Positions 19,364 to 29,217 of a stretch of 64,000 bases of DNA are shown one piece after another. A program made the translations under genes and the position numbers. A model generated the notes under the pieces. It was not told the DNA's origin, searched no databases, and was given only the letters and a program-made list of their open reading frames with translations. The stretch lies in assembly GCA_044226015.1 (NCBI GenBank), contig JBGAHS010000004.1:288001-352000 (forward strand), in the 5' to 3' direction. Origin of the DNA: Candidatus Obscuribacteraceae bacterium. Its GTDB lineage: Bacteria; Cyanobacteriota; Vampirovibrionia; Obscuribacterales; Obscuribacteraceae. Numbering within the stretch: position 1 is the first letter of the stretch; each line of letters opens with the position of its first letter.

Positions 19364-19891
19364 ATGAAACCGAGCCGTCTTATGTTTTCCCTAGCTATTA
19401 GTGGATTCTTGTGTGCTCCGGCTGCCTTCTGCGACCCTCAATTCGGTATGGACCAGGATTATCAGCAGCAAGTGCAACAGCAGCAGATGCAACATATGCA
19501 GCAACAGGCGCAGGGTCCAGCCTTCAATAGCTCGGCTGCAGGTAACACTCAGGCTTACCACACGACTGACAGCGCCTGGTCTGACATGGGTTATGTGGGC
19601 AATCAGTATGCGCCACTGGGCAATGTTCAGGCTCCAATTATGAATTCGGGTCTGGGTGCCATTTCGACCTTTGCCGGAAATAACGGACAATACCTGAAGG
19701 GCTCAATGCTTTCTGGTCAGTCCTTGCCCAAAGCGCAGATGGGATTGAACGCCATTAACGGTGGCTATTTCAACGATGCCGCCGGACGTTGGGGCAGCGG
19801 TGGGTTCTCTGGATGGGGTGGTGGAAGCAAAATTTACCCACTTCTTCCGCCAACGTCAACGACTCCGGTTCAGCTAGATACGGCATTCTAA
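19364..19891 (+). CDS. Secreted Gln/Gly/Asn/Ser-rich low-complexity protein
   Basis: Signal peptide, poly-Q stretch, Gly/aromatic-rich C-half; followed by a terminator. Confidence 0.75.
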   Translation: MKPSRLMFSLAISGFLCAPAAFCDPQFGMDQDYQQQVQQQQMQHMQQQAQGPAFNSSAAGNTQAYHTTDSAWSDMGYVGNQYAPLGNVQAPIMNSGLGAISTFAGNNGQYLKGSMLSGQSLPKAQMGLNAINGGYFNDAAGRWGSGGFSGWGGGSKIYPLLPPTSTTPVQLDTAF

Positions 19892-19910
19892 CTAAATCAA
19901 AAATCGAAGT

Positions 19911-19939
19911 AAAAGACCTGCTTTTGGTAGGTCTTTTTT
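19911..19939 (+). terminator. Intrinsic terminator
   Basis: AAAAGACCTGC-TTTTG-GTAGGTCTTTTTT hairpin with T tract, about 20 bp after the stop. Confidence 0.8.
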
Positions 19940-19995
19940 ATTGTCGTTGGACTTTGTTTTCACGAGTTGGAAGCTTCATTGGCATTTTCCTCAGA

Positions 19996-20160
19996 GGGAT
20001 CTTGCTTAGGGAATCTCGCTCATAGGGATCTCGCTCATGTGGAATCTCGCTCATAGGGATCTTGCTTAGGGAATCTCGCTCATAGGGATCTCGCTCATGG
20101 GGAATCTCGTTCATAGGGAATCTCGCTCATAGGAATCTCGCTCATAGGGATCTCGCTTAT
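19996..20160. repeat. Tandem repeat of 13-16 bp GG(A)ATCTCGCTCATA units with a 60-bp higher-order period
   Basis: About 11 units; the block beginning GGGATCTTGCTTAGGGAATCTCGCTCATA occurs at 19996 and again at 20056. Confidence 0.95.
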
Positions 20161-20299
20161 TAGCCATCTTGCAGGATCCTGCTCGTTTGCAATCCTGCTG
20201 TAAGAATTCCTGTATTGCTTGGTGCTTCCAACTTTCAACACATTTTCATAATGCTATTGCATTATAGCTTTGTGCTTACCTGGCTTGGTGTTGAACATC

Positions 20300-20677
20300 A
20301 TGGATAAACAAGCTTCAAACTTCGAATCTACGCAAACCAACAGCTCGGAACGTCCAAGCTCTAACCTGGCGAAGGAGGCGAGCCAATTGCTTCTATCCGT
20401 TACTAAACCAGAAAGTGCATCTCCCTGCGTCACCATGGAAGGCTTGCTCAATGAACTTAGTCCTGCGGAAGAGTTCAAGGACTCTGTCTACAAAGGTCCG
20501 GACCGTTTAATCAGGGATACCAAATCATCTTCATCGGCAGATATTGAGTTCTCAAACGTGTATGCTGATTCTGCTTTTCGGAGCCCAGTAACACTAGTGC
20601 TGCCACTTTCGATAACAAAGCACCCGACTCTCATTCCCGAACGAAGCCAAGCAGGTCAGGGAGCCGAAATTCGCTGA
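20300..20677 (+). CDS. Hypothetical protein
   Basis: The ORF fills the gap; Ser-rich; no motif recognised; start uncertain. Confidence 0.4.
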   Translation: MDKQASNFESTQTNSSERPSSNLAKEASQLLLSVTKPESASPCVTMEGLLNELSPAEEFKDSVYKGPDRLIRDTKSSSSADIEFSNVYADSAFRSPVTLVLPLSITKHPTLIPERSQAGQGAEIR

Positions 20678-20720
20678 GATTTGGATTGGCGTTTTGCTAA
20701 AATTGAGCCAGAAAGTCACG

Positions 20721-22067
20721 CTATTTCTTCAAGCATTTCGTGCAGACAAAGTCTTCATAAGGTCCAAAGATAGGGTCGTTTTTTTCTAAAAACTTGCCTT
20801 TGATTTTGTTGTCACCACATACGGTGCAGGGGTTGCCGATGTACTTGTCTTGTCCGTAGTCTTCTCGCCGCATAGGTCGCTGACTCCAGAAGGTTCTCAG
20901 GAAATAATCGTTGGAAGCGGATAACTTTCCTCGTCCTTTCAAATAGTATACAAAGCTTTCGAATCGCTCTTCATCAAGTACGTCATCTGGGTAAGGTGCG
21001 CTTAGCACAGCAGGTTCCTTTTCCAGAAAAGCAGCAAACGAATGGAGGTGAGAAGGTCTTTCTTTGTACCATCCTGTATATTCTGTTATTAACTCATTCA
21101 TCAGCAGCTTGATTTCATAATAATCTCTCAAGTACGGTGCGACACAGGCTTGGGCATACTGTTCAATCTCTGATGCATTTTCTACAATCCACAGGTGCAA
21201 ATCTTCTGCATCGCTAAAACTGTAATCGGCAACGGGATTTTCCTCTTCGCCTCCCTGTTGATAAACAAATTCATTGCCACCACGGATGATGCCTTTGAAC
21301 GCAATGCCTACGTCAATACTCACCCAATTCGTGCCGTATAATCCTTTCCTGAAACCCACTGATACGCTCAGGTCTGATTTCTCTTTGCTTATTGGGAGAC
21401 GGAAGTAAACGGTGGGTCCATTACCCTTCGTTACTTCGTCAAGTGTCCAACTAGGAAACAGTTCTTTTACAGCTGCTTTTACCGTTGCAGTGAATGAGTT
21501 CGTTTTCCTTTTCGAATCGACTTGCTTGTCTTCTGGCGCCAAATTGTCAGAATCTTGTTCAACTGCAAAATTGCTTTCGTCTGAGCTAAATCCAGCTTCC
21601 TTCTCCCGTTCAATTTCCCCATCTAGCAGTGTATCGAAATCAGCCTGTGCAGTGCTCATGTTCATGCGCTGAAGGTAGCGTTGCAACGACTTACTAAACT
21701 TTGGCCAATTGTAGAATGGAATATTCTCGAGTGAGGCAATTAGCGCACGAAGTTTGCTTTCTTGCACTGATACATTTTGACGAAACAGTTCGGGCAACAA
21801 TTGTTCTAGCGCAGAGGCATTAGTTTGAAGACTCGCATTAAACTGCATTAGTAGATCAATGCTGACTGACGCGATTTTACTCCGCTCTTCCAGCGGTAGT
21901 TTTTTCAGTTTTGCCCAGGAATTGAGTTCTTTCAGTTTTGGACTGGCAAAACTGGACGAGTCTGCAACAGTGTATTCGTCGAGTAGCTCAGCCAGTGCCG
22001 GATTTGCCTCCAGCACCTTCAAAAGTTCGGGTGGTTTGTCGCCGTAGGCTCCAAAATCAGCGCACAT
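20721..22067 (-). CDS. Hypothetical protein with a C-terminal CxxC...CxxC zinc ribbon
   Basis: AGGAGAGG RBS before ATG 22067; ends CTVC-x20-CTKC. Confidence 0.7.
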   Translation of the reverse strand: MCADFGAYGDKPPELLKVLEANPALAELLDEYTVADSSSFASPKLKELNSWAKLKKLPLEERSKIASVSIDLLMQFNASLQTNASALEQLLPELFRQNVSVQESKLRALIASLENIPFYNWPKFSKSLQRYLQRMNMSTAQADFDTLLDGEIEREKEAGFSSDESNFAVEQDSDNLAPEDKQVDSKRKTNSFTATVKAAVKELFPSWTLDEVTKGNGPTVYFRLPISKEKSDLSVSVGFRKGLYGTNWVSIDVGIAFKGIIRGGNEFVYQQGGEEENPVADYSFSDAEDLHLWIVENASEIEQYAQACVAPYLRDYYEIKLLMNELITEYTGWYKERPSHLHSFAAFLEKEPAVLSAPYPDDVLDEERFESFVYYLKGRGKLSASNDYFLRTFWSQRPMRREDYGQDKYIGNPCTVCGDNKIKGKFLEKNDPIFGPYEDFVCTKCLKK

Positions 22068-22129
22068 TAATCCCTCTCCTGACTTATACTTTCCACCGTG
22101 CAAGGAAAGATAATCGAGAGATTGCGGAT

Positions 22130-23443
22130 TTATTTGCTTCCTACTGGAACAGGAGCCTTGAACTCGATCGGCAGGTCTTTCCAGCAATTTAAGTAATTAC
22201 GCTGCAACAGCGGTGTTTCATTTGCAAATCTAGTTGGTGAGTAGACTAGCGAACTTTCAAACATGAATGCAAGTGTATTGTCGAGATATGTTGGCTTCAA
22301 GTCAACAGAAACTGCTTTTGTGTATGTGAGAGTGTCAGGTCCGTGAGCAGACATCTGATTATGGAGACTTCCGCCACCTGGGATGAAACCTTCTTCCTTC
22401 GCATCATAAACGCCGAAAATAAGACCCATGTATTCACTCATGATGTTTCGATGATAATAAGGCGGACGGAACGTATCTTTGGCTACCATCCATCGCGGAG
22501 GAAATATCACGAAATCCACATTTGCCGTTCCTGGCATTTCTGATGGTGACGTAAGCACCGTGAAAATGCTCGGGTCTGGATGATCAAAGCTCACTGTATT
22601 GATTACATTGAAAAGGCTAAGGTCATATTTGTAAGGCGCATAATTTCCGTGCCATGCCACCACATCTAGTGGTGAATGGTCTATTTCCGCTTCCCACATA
22701 TTGCCCGCAAATTTGCAGAGCAGCTTGAACTTGCCTTTCTTTTCTTCGTAGTATGCAACCGGGGTTTGGAAGTCTCTCGGATTTGCTAAACCGTTTGCTC
22801 CTATGGGTCCCAGACCTGGTAATCTGAAAGATGCGCCGTAGTTTTCACAAATGTAGCCACGGGCTTCCTTTTCCAATACGTCAACCTGGTATTTGATGCC
22901 TTTGGGAACGACTGCTATGTCGCCCGGCTTGATGTCTAACAAACCCATTTCCGTGCGCAGTCTGAGCGCTCCCTTTTCTGGAACGAAAAGAAAGTCGCCG
23001 TCCGCGTTATAGAAGTAGCGGTCGCCCATTGATTTGTTGCAAGAATAGACATGCACCGCGCTGCCTTTGCAGCTTCCATAACCGCCATTTCCTGCAAAGG
23101 TGACTAGCCCATCGAGGAAGTCGGTTGGCTTGCTTGGTATTGGAACTGGATCCCACCGCAATTGATTTGGAGTTGCTGGCACGTCGTTAAACGGCTTGTG
23201 TTCTAGCGAATCGCACTTGATCATTTTGAATTCGCCATGCAAAACAGATGGACGAATTCTATATAACCAGGTGCGCAAATTCTCATTGCGAGCCGCAGTG
23301 AAAGCTGAACCGCTTAACTGTTCCGCGAAGAGACCATGGGGAACTCGTTGCGGAGAGTTCTTTCCTTTGGGAAGAGTACCCTCATAAACTTCAGTCTCGA
23401 AGTGATTCCCAAATCCACTCAAGTACTTCAATTCACTGGACAT
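22130..23443 (-). CDS. hmgA: Homogentisate 1,2-dioxygenase
   Basis: YLSGFGN, AEQLSGSAFT, WLYRIRPS, DHPDPSIFTVLT, RPPYYHRN and HGPD. Confidence 0.97.
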   Translation of the reverse strand: MSSELKYLSGFGNHFETEVYEGTLPKGKNSPQRVPHGLFAEQLSGSAFTAARNENLRTWLYRIRPSVLHGEFKMIKCDSLEHKPFNDVPATPNQLRWDPVPIPSKPTDFLDGLVTFAGNGGYGSCKGSAVHVYSCNKSMGDRYFYNADGDFLFVPEKGALRLRTEMGLLDIKPGDIAVVPKGIKYQVDVLEKEARGYICENYGASFRLPGLGPIGANGLANPRDFQTPVAYYEEKKGKFKLLCKFAGNMWEAEIDHSPLDVVAWHGNYAPYKYDLSLFNVINTVSFDHPDPSIFTVLTSPSEMPGTANVDFVIFPPRWMVAKDTFRPPYYHRNIMSEYMGLIFGVYDAKEEGFIPGGGSLHNQMSAHGPDTLTYTKAVSVDLKPTYLDNTLAFMFESSLVYSPTRFANETPLLQRNYLNCWKDLPIEFKAPVPVGSK

Positions 23444-23482
23444 GATTTTTCCTTCCACTGCGTCTGCAATTGTAGAGTCGAG

Positions 23483-24607
23483 CTAGAGATTGCCTCTGAT
23501 AGCTTGTTCTCTTTCGATAGATTCGAAAAGTGCCTTGAAATTGCCTTTTCCAAAGCCCTTAGCACCTTTGCGCTGAATGACTTCGAAGAACAATGTTGGG
23601 CGATCTTCCACTGGTTTGGTGAAGATCTGCAGCAAATAACCATCTGACTCTCTGTCTACAAGTATGCCAAGATTGTACAAAGTCTCGATGTCTTCATCGA
23701 TTTTGCCGACGCGCTCTTCCAGAGTGTCATAGTATGAGCGTGGAACAGTGAGGAATTCTATGCCTCTAGCGTGCAATTCACCGACTGTTTTGATGATATC
23801 TGCAGTAGAAACGGCAATGTGTTGAACACCACCTGCGGTGTAGAAATCTAGATATTCTTGAATTTGTGATTTCTTCAATCCAACGGCTGGCTCGTTAATA
23901 GGCATCTTGATTGAGCCAGCTTTATTAGCCATTACTTTGGAAACCAGTGCTGAGTATTGGGTGCTGATGTCGTTTGCATCGAAGCCCTGGTAGACGTAAA
24001 ATCCGAATACCTTTTGATAGTAGTCGACCCAATATTCCATCTTATCAGTTTCAACATTGCCAACAATGTGGTCGATGATGAGCAAACCTGCGCTGTTGCC
24101 TTTCTTGTCGATAGCTTTGTATCCGGGAGCAAAAGCGCCTTTGTAAGCATGACGTTCGACGAAAGTGTGTATGGTGTCACCGTATGTTTTCACTGTCGCA
24201 GTGACGAATCTTCCGTTTTCATCTTCCACTACTTTTGGTTCTTCCATGCTGACTGCGCCGCGCGAGATTGCGGTTTCATAAGCCTTCTTCGCATCTTTGA
24301 CGCGGAAGCCAATGTTCTTTACGCCGTCACCGTGTGCCAAGACATGCTTGCCGATTTCGGAGTCAGCGGTGAGTCCCGTTGTGAGAACAAGGTTCACATT
24401 CTTTTGTCTGAGAACGTACGAAGCCTTGTCTCTGCTGCCTGTTTCAAGTCCTCTGTATGCAACAACATCAAAGCCAAAGCCTTTGTGATAGTAGTAGCAA
24501 GCTTGCTTTGCATTGCCGACATAGAACTCGACGAAGTCGAACCCTTCGATGGCAATTTCCTCAGCTCGCGATGTTGCTGACGACTTTTCAATAGTTTCTC
24601 TTGTCAT
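23483..24607 (-). CDS. hppD: 4-hydroxyphenylpyruvate dioxygenase
   Basis: FYVGNAKQA, IDHIVGN, SQIQEYL, GVQHIA, LLQIFT and GFGKGNFKALFESIE. Confidence 0.97.
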   Translation of the reverse strand: MTRETIEKSSATSRAEEIAIEGFDFVEFYVGNAKQACYYYHKGFGFDVVAYRGLETGSRDKASYVLRQKNVNLVLTTGLTADSEIGKHVLAHGDGVKNIGFRVKDAKKAYETAISRGAVSMEEPKVVEDENGRFVTATVKTYGDTIHTFVERHAYKGAFAPGYKAIDKKGNSAGLLIIDHIVGNVETDKMEYWVDYYQKVFGFYVYQGFDANDISTQYSALVSKVMANKAGSIKMPINEPAVGLKKSQIQEYLDFYTAGGVQHIAVSTADIIKTVGELHARGIEFLTVPRSYYDTLEERVGKIDEDIETLYNLGILVDRESDGYLLQIFTKPVEDRPTLFFEVIQRKGAKGFGKGNFKALFESIEREQAIRGNL

Positions 24608-24918
24608 TTGCTTCCCCTCGTGCAAGCATAGCTACCAGGTCGGCTCCTACTGGAGCGCTTTTCATATGGCAGTAATAATTTTACGACAGATTCAACAGCA
24701 TTCACTACTTCATAAGGATGATTTCGTTTGGTTAAGTCCCTGAGTCCAAGCGGATTTCTGAATGCTGTCTTATCCAACTGGCAATATCGCTTCTTTAATT
24801 GCTTCGCTCTTTCTCAATCGGTTGCTGATTTCCTAGAATTAGAAGTTCAAATCAATCCGGTTTTTGTCATTTATTTGAATGATGCGGCTAGAATTGAAAG
24901 AACCAACCAGGGGGCTTT

Positions 24919-25647
24919 ATGAAACGTCAGGCGTTACTGCTACTTTGTTCGCTAGGGCTGCTTTTCGGCTGTTCAAAAGCCCAGGTATCAAAAGATAGTT
25001 TGTCTGAGGTCAAGGTTGATACCGTCCAACACTCATCTAGCGACAAGGTAGCAAGCGCGGCAAATGCGGGTCCTGGCGAAAAATTTGACCCGGTTGAGGA
25101 CGAGTTGATTAGCAAAGAAACGCTGAAAGCCTGGAGAAAAGCTCTTTCCCATGATGAGCAAGAAGGACTCTCAGATACTGAATGGAAAGACGCCAGAGTT
25201 AAAGATGAAGAAGAGTCGATGGCATCTCTAAAGCAGTTGTCGGAGGGTCATCCAAATTCTAGCTATATCAAAACAATGATGGGGCAGGTAAAGCAACACT
25301 TTGGCAAAAAAGAAGAGGCTGCTGCCTATTATGAGGAAGCGCTGCTGCAAAATCGGAAAGACCCTGTGTTGATCTTCAAAGCTGCTGAGATGCGTCGCAA
25401 GAGTGGAAACAACAAGCAGGCATCGCTTTATTACAGTCAGGTCTTGAAGATTCAGCCAGATTTTCCTGGTGCAGAGCTGGGGCTAGCTAAATGCAAACTG
25501 GCTGATGCAAGCACTGCTGCTGATGGACGCAAGCTATTGGAAGATCTTGTCCAGAAAAATCCGGATGATGATAAGGCGAAAGCCGCACTCGATGAGCTGA
25601 AGAGCGGTAAAAGCAATGATGCTAAGAGAGAGTCTGGTTCCAAGTAA
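24919..25647 (+). CDS. TPR lipoprotein
   Basis: Lipobox LLFG-C; C-terminal TPR helices. Confidence 0.75.
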   Translation: MKRQALLLLCSLGLLFGCSKAQVSKDSLSEVKVDTVQHSSSDKVASAANAGPGEKFDPVEDELISKETLKAWRKALSHDEQEGLSDTEWKDARVKDEEESMASLKQLSEGHPNSSYIKTMMGQVKQHFGKKEEAAAYYEEALLQNRKDPVLIFKAAEMRRKSGNNKQASLYYSQVLKIQPDFPGAELGLAKCKLADASTAADGRKLLEDLVQKNPDDDKAKAALDELKSGKSNDAKRESGSK

Positions 25648-25904
25648 AGCGAGTTGTTTGGTTCGCTTATTGCTAGACCTTATATTCGGTTGAATGTCGA
25701 GTTGATAATCTACAGCGCAAGCTCCACGTTCCCGCACCGGCGGCCGCTGTCCTTGTGGGACTTCCCTCCGATGAGCGCGATCCAGGCGGGACTCCATTGA
25801 GCGCCTCCAGGCGAGGAGCAATTCTGCTGATTCCAGCAAGAACCATTTATAGTGAGCCGCAGGGACTAATTCAAATAGATGGAACTTTATAGATAGAACT
25901 GTGA

Positions 25905-26672
25905 CTATGGAAGCAGGTTGGTATGACCCATTCCGCGTACTTCTTTTGAGTCTTTAAGTTTTGCCTGAGCAATACTGCGCTTCGTATTAGGAGTCGGCAG
26001 CGGAGCCGGCATCACGTCCATTTCTTCTTCAATGTTAGCCATTTCTGGCTCAGGAGTCGAAGTCTGAACCTGTTGATGTTGCGACTTTGAAAGCACGAGC
26101 ATGTTATGAATGCGAGCGGATACTTTTGCTCTGAATTTCTCGGGCACACCACCTTCGTAGGTCAGGTCAACCAGAGTGCGTGCAGCTTGGTAGTATTCGC
26201 CGCGCTTTTCATAAGCTTCAGAAAGCGCTACCCGGAGTAAAAGCTCTTTTGGCTTTTCCTTCTCGAGCTTGGTCAATTTTGCAATTGCATCGTCAAGAAT
26301 TGCGGTATCGTCTGTAGTGGCTGTCAATTGATGGTATGCCACCCACAAAGCATTGTCTAGTTCGATCGCCTTGCGATATTCATTTATAGCTGCTGAAATA
26401 CGATTCTCTTTGCGATAAACCTCACCAAGCTTGTAGTGCAGGTTCGCGTCATTTGGTTTCAGAAGCAAATCCGTTTTCAGCTGTTTCACTTCAGCTTGTG
26501 CTTGCTCAGGTGTAACTGGAATCAGCTTGGGCGCCCGAACCGGAGTCTTTAGCTTATCTCCGTTTGGAACGTGAGGCGCTGCCGAAATGTCATCTCCGGA
26601 CGCAAAGCACGGCGCCGCTGCAATTAAGCTGATGACCGTTGAGCAAATTATGTTTGTAGAACTCTTCCGCAT
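25905..26672 (-). CDS. Secreted TPR protein
   Basis: Signal peptide; PNDANLHYKLGEVY TPR unit. Confidence 0.75.
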   Translation of the reverse strand: MRKSSTNIICSTVISLIAAAPCFASGDDISAAPHVPNGDKLKTPVRAPKLIPVTPEQAQAEVKQLKTDLLLKPNDANLHYKLGEVYRKENRISAAINEYRKAIELDNALWVAYHQLTATTDDTAILDDAIAKLTKLEKEKPKELLLRVALSEAYEKRGEYYQAARTLVDLTYEGGVPEKFRAKVSARIHNMLVLSKSQHQQVQTSTPEPEMANIEEEMDVMPAPLPTPNTKRSIAQAKLKDSKEVRGMGHTNLLP

Positions 26673-26790
26673 GATCGGGGCCTTTCTGGGTCCAGGGATG
26701 TCGTCCCTTAGGGACCTTGTATACTCCGGTTATATATTGGAAACTCCGGTATACTCTCTGAAATTGGCTTTTTTGTCAATCAGAGCGGTC

Positions 26791-27015
26791 TTATACTTTG
26801 CGAACAGTGATTCGGAAGTGCCCTTCTTCATGTTCATTTTGAGCAAGAATTTCGTGCCCTTCCTGCGTCAAGCTCTGGCAGACATTGATTACAGGCTCTC
26901 CGGCGTCAAGCAGAACATGCAAGAGATCACCCACCGGAAGCTTATCTAAAAATAATTTGGTCTTTACAAAATTCATGGGGCAAGCAACTCCCCTCATGTC
27001 TATTTCGTGTTCCAT
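26791..27015 (-). CDS. TusA/SirA-family sulfur carrier protein
   Basis: 74 aa; DMRGVACPMN with the CP motif; GDLLHVLLD. Confidence 0.9.
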   Translation of the reverse strand: MEHEIDMRGVACPMNFVKTKLFLDKLPVGDLLHVLLDAGEPVINVCQSLTQEGHEILAQNEHEEGHFRITVRKV

Positions 27016-27028
27016 TCTTAAGCGCCTC

Positions 27029-27337
27029 TCATTCTGGCTGGAAGCAGGTCTTAGGGATACAGGTTTCTTTGAAAGGGCAGTAGTCTTCGTTTTCGTAGCG
27101 ATTCCACGGTTTTATAAAGCAGTCTCTCTTCCTTATAAAAGGAATGACTGCTTCCATGATGTCTTCTCTAGATCTTTCCGTGTCCTCGGCAAGGCATGCA
27201 AGGCACAATGTTCTTTCGGTGTAACCAAGTGCCATTGAAATTAGCTGCTGCCGCAGACAGACCTCCTTTTGGCATACATCACAAGTGGATGATACGTCCG
27301 GAAGTAATCCTACTTTTTCGGCGAGTGGGTTGTTCAT
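27029..27337 (-). CDS. Small Cys-rich putative metal-binding protein
   Basis: CDVC, VC, CLAC, DCF and CPFKETCIPKTC. Start inferred at ATG 27337. Confidence 0.65.
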   Translation of the reverse strand: MNNPLAEKVGLLPDVSSTCDVCQKEVCLRQQLISMALGYTERTLCLACLAEDTERSREDIMEAVIPFIRKRDCFIKPWNRYENEDYCPFKETCIPKTCFQPE

Positions 27338-27506
27338 GAGGCTATTATAGTGCTGTGAATCGGCTTCGGACAATCTGCGAATGCCAATCACGAAGCTTTG
27401 AAAAGTTCGTCTCGAATCTTTCAAGACGCTTGCATGTTCGCGGAGAACTCAGTGCAGTGCGGTTCATTGCTGCTAAAATTGCAGCACCCGAGGAGGAGAG
27501 CGTCCC

Positions 27507-29201
27507 ATGGCTAATGATGAACTGATAGATGTACTTATTGTTGGCGCAGGACCGACAGGGTTGACGCTAGCCTGTGAACTCGCTCGTCGTGATATCAATA
27601 TCAAAATCATCGATAAGCTGGATAAGCCAGGTGATAAATCGAAGGCGCTTGTTCTGCACGCGCGCTCCCTCGAATTGCTCGATATGATGGGCGCCTTGCC
27701 AGCATTCATGGAGAATGGAACCCCAATAACCGGGGTGAATATTTTTGATTCTGATAAACGAATCGCGCATTTGTCTTTAGATCAAATTGATAGCCCGTAT
27801 CCCTACGCGCTGGGAATTCCGCAGTGCACCACAGAGCGACTTCTTTATGAGTTTCTTCAGGCTCATGGACGCGAAGTTGATAGGAACGTTGAGCTCATTG
27901 CTGTCGAAGACAAAGGCGACCATGTTATTGCTAGAGTGAAGACTTCGGGTTCTGAGACAGAACTAAAATGCAGATATCTGGTCGCTTGCGATGGTGCGCA
28001 CAGCACAACAAGGCACGCTATCAATGAGCCTTATGAAGGTGGCGAGTACAGGGAAGATTTTCAGCTCGCTGATGTTGAAGTCGATTGTGGCGACAGGCAC
28101 AAAGCCAATGAGATTTTTGCTTTCTCTAGCGGAAGTGGTAACGCCGCGTTTTTTCCAATGCCGGGAAATCGATGGAGAGTCGCTGTTGTGCTGCCTGAGC
28201 CACTTTCAGAGGAAGCGCTCAAACGACAACCCGCGCTTGAGGAAATTCAAGCGAAAGTCGATCAGGTTGTGCCATATAAATTGCGACTTTCTGACCCGCA
28301 TTGGCTTGCAAATTTCAAAATTCGTTATCGCAAGGTCAAGCACTATCGCCACAACCGTGTATTCCTGGCGGGAGATGCCGCACACTGCCATAGTCCGGTG
28401 GGCGGTCAGGGGATGAACACTGGAATGCAAGATTCATTCAACCTGGGTTGGAAACTCGCTCTGGCTGTGCAAGGACTTGCCAGCGAGGCTTTGCTTGATA
28501 GCTATCATTTTGAGCGAAATGCCGTAGCGGTGCAGCTGTTGCATACAGTTGATATGATGACTCGTGTTAATTTGCTTCGAGCTCCGATTGCTCGTGAAAT
28601 AAGAAATCGCTTGGCACCATTTTTGGTGTCACAGGAGGGAGTGCAGTCTCGTCTGCGCAATTTCATGTCTGAAATTGGCATTAACTACAGGCGCAGTCCA
28701 GTTGTGTCTGAGGTGAAACGCAGCCTCGTAAGTACGGCGATGAGTGGCAAAGATTCTCAAACAAAAGTAGGCGATTGGTTTGAGTTCTCTCAAGGACCAC
28801 ATGCTGGTGACCGTGCAATCGATGCAAGTATATGCACTTGTGATGGCGACAACATGCACTTGATGAGCTTGTTTAGAAGTACCAAGCATCATTTGTTGCT
28901 CTTCACTGGCGATAGTCCGAGTTCGCATACGTACTCAGAATTGTGTGAATTTGCAAACAAGGCATACGAAAAATATTCTGACTTTCTTGATGTTAGCCTC
29001 ATTTCCTCAGAGGAAGAGCCGACTTGTGAGTTAAATATATTAGGGAAACGCTTGTCCGATCCTGATTATTCTGCTCATGAAAGGTATGGTGCGGGTGCTT
29101 CGTGTCTCTATCTCATAAGACCTGATACCTATGTCGGATTGCGCTGCCAACCTACAGATTTCACGGCACTAGAAAATTATTTTTCTACGATATTACACTG
29201 A
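27507..29201 (+). CDS. FAD-dependent aromatic-ring monooxygenase (group A flavoprotein hydroxylase)
   Basis: GAGPTG, ACDGAHS, AGDAAHCHSPVGGQGMNTG; C-terminal LIRPD domain; strong RBS. Confidence 0.92.
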   Translation: MANDELIDVLIVGAGPTGLTLACELARRDINIKIIDKLDKPGDKSKALVLHARSLELLDMMGALPAFMENGTPITGVNIFDSDKRIAHLSLDQIDSPYPYALGIPQCTTERLLYEFLQAHGREVDRNVELIAVEDKGDHVIARVKTSGSETELKCRYLVACDGAHSTTRHAINEPYEGGEYREDFQLADVEVDCGDRHKANEIFAFSSGSGNAAFFPMPGNRWRVAVVLPEPLSEEALKRQPALEEIQAKVDQVVPYKLRLSDPHWLANFKIRYRKVKHYRHNRVFLAGDAAHCHSPVGGQGMNTGMQDSFNLGWKLALAVQGLASEALLDSYHFERNAVAVQLLHTVDMMTRVNLLRAPIAREIRNRLAPFLVSQEGVQSRLRNFMSEIGINYRRSPVVSEVKRSLVSTAMSGKDSQTKVGDWFEFSQGPHAGDRAIDASICTCDGDNMHLMSLFRSTKHHLLLFTGDSPSSHTYSELCEFANKAYEKYSDFLDVSLISSEEEPTCELNILGKRLSDPDYSAHERYGAGASCLYLIRPDTYVGLRCQPTDFTALENYFSTILH

Positions 29202-29217
29202 CGTTTGGCTGTGCTCG

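Noticed and set aside
19996..20160. Possible CRISPR array or plasmid iterons
   Set aside because: Units are too short and have no spacers; no cas or rep gene is adjacent.
23957..24580. 207-aa + strand ORF
   Set aside because: It is an antisense shadow of hppD with no protein-like motifs.
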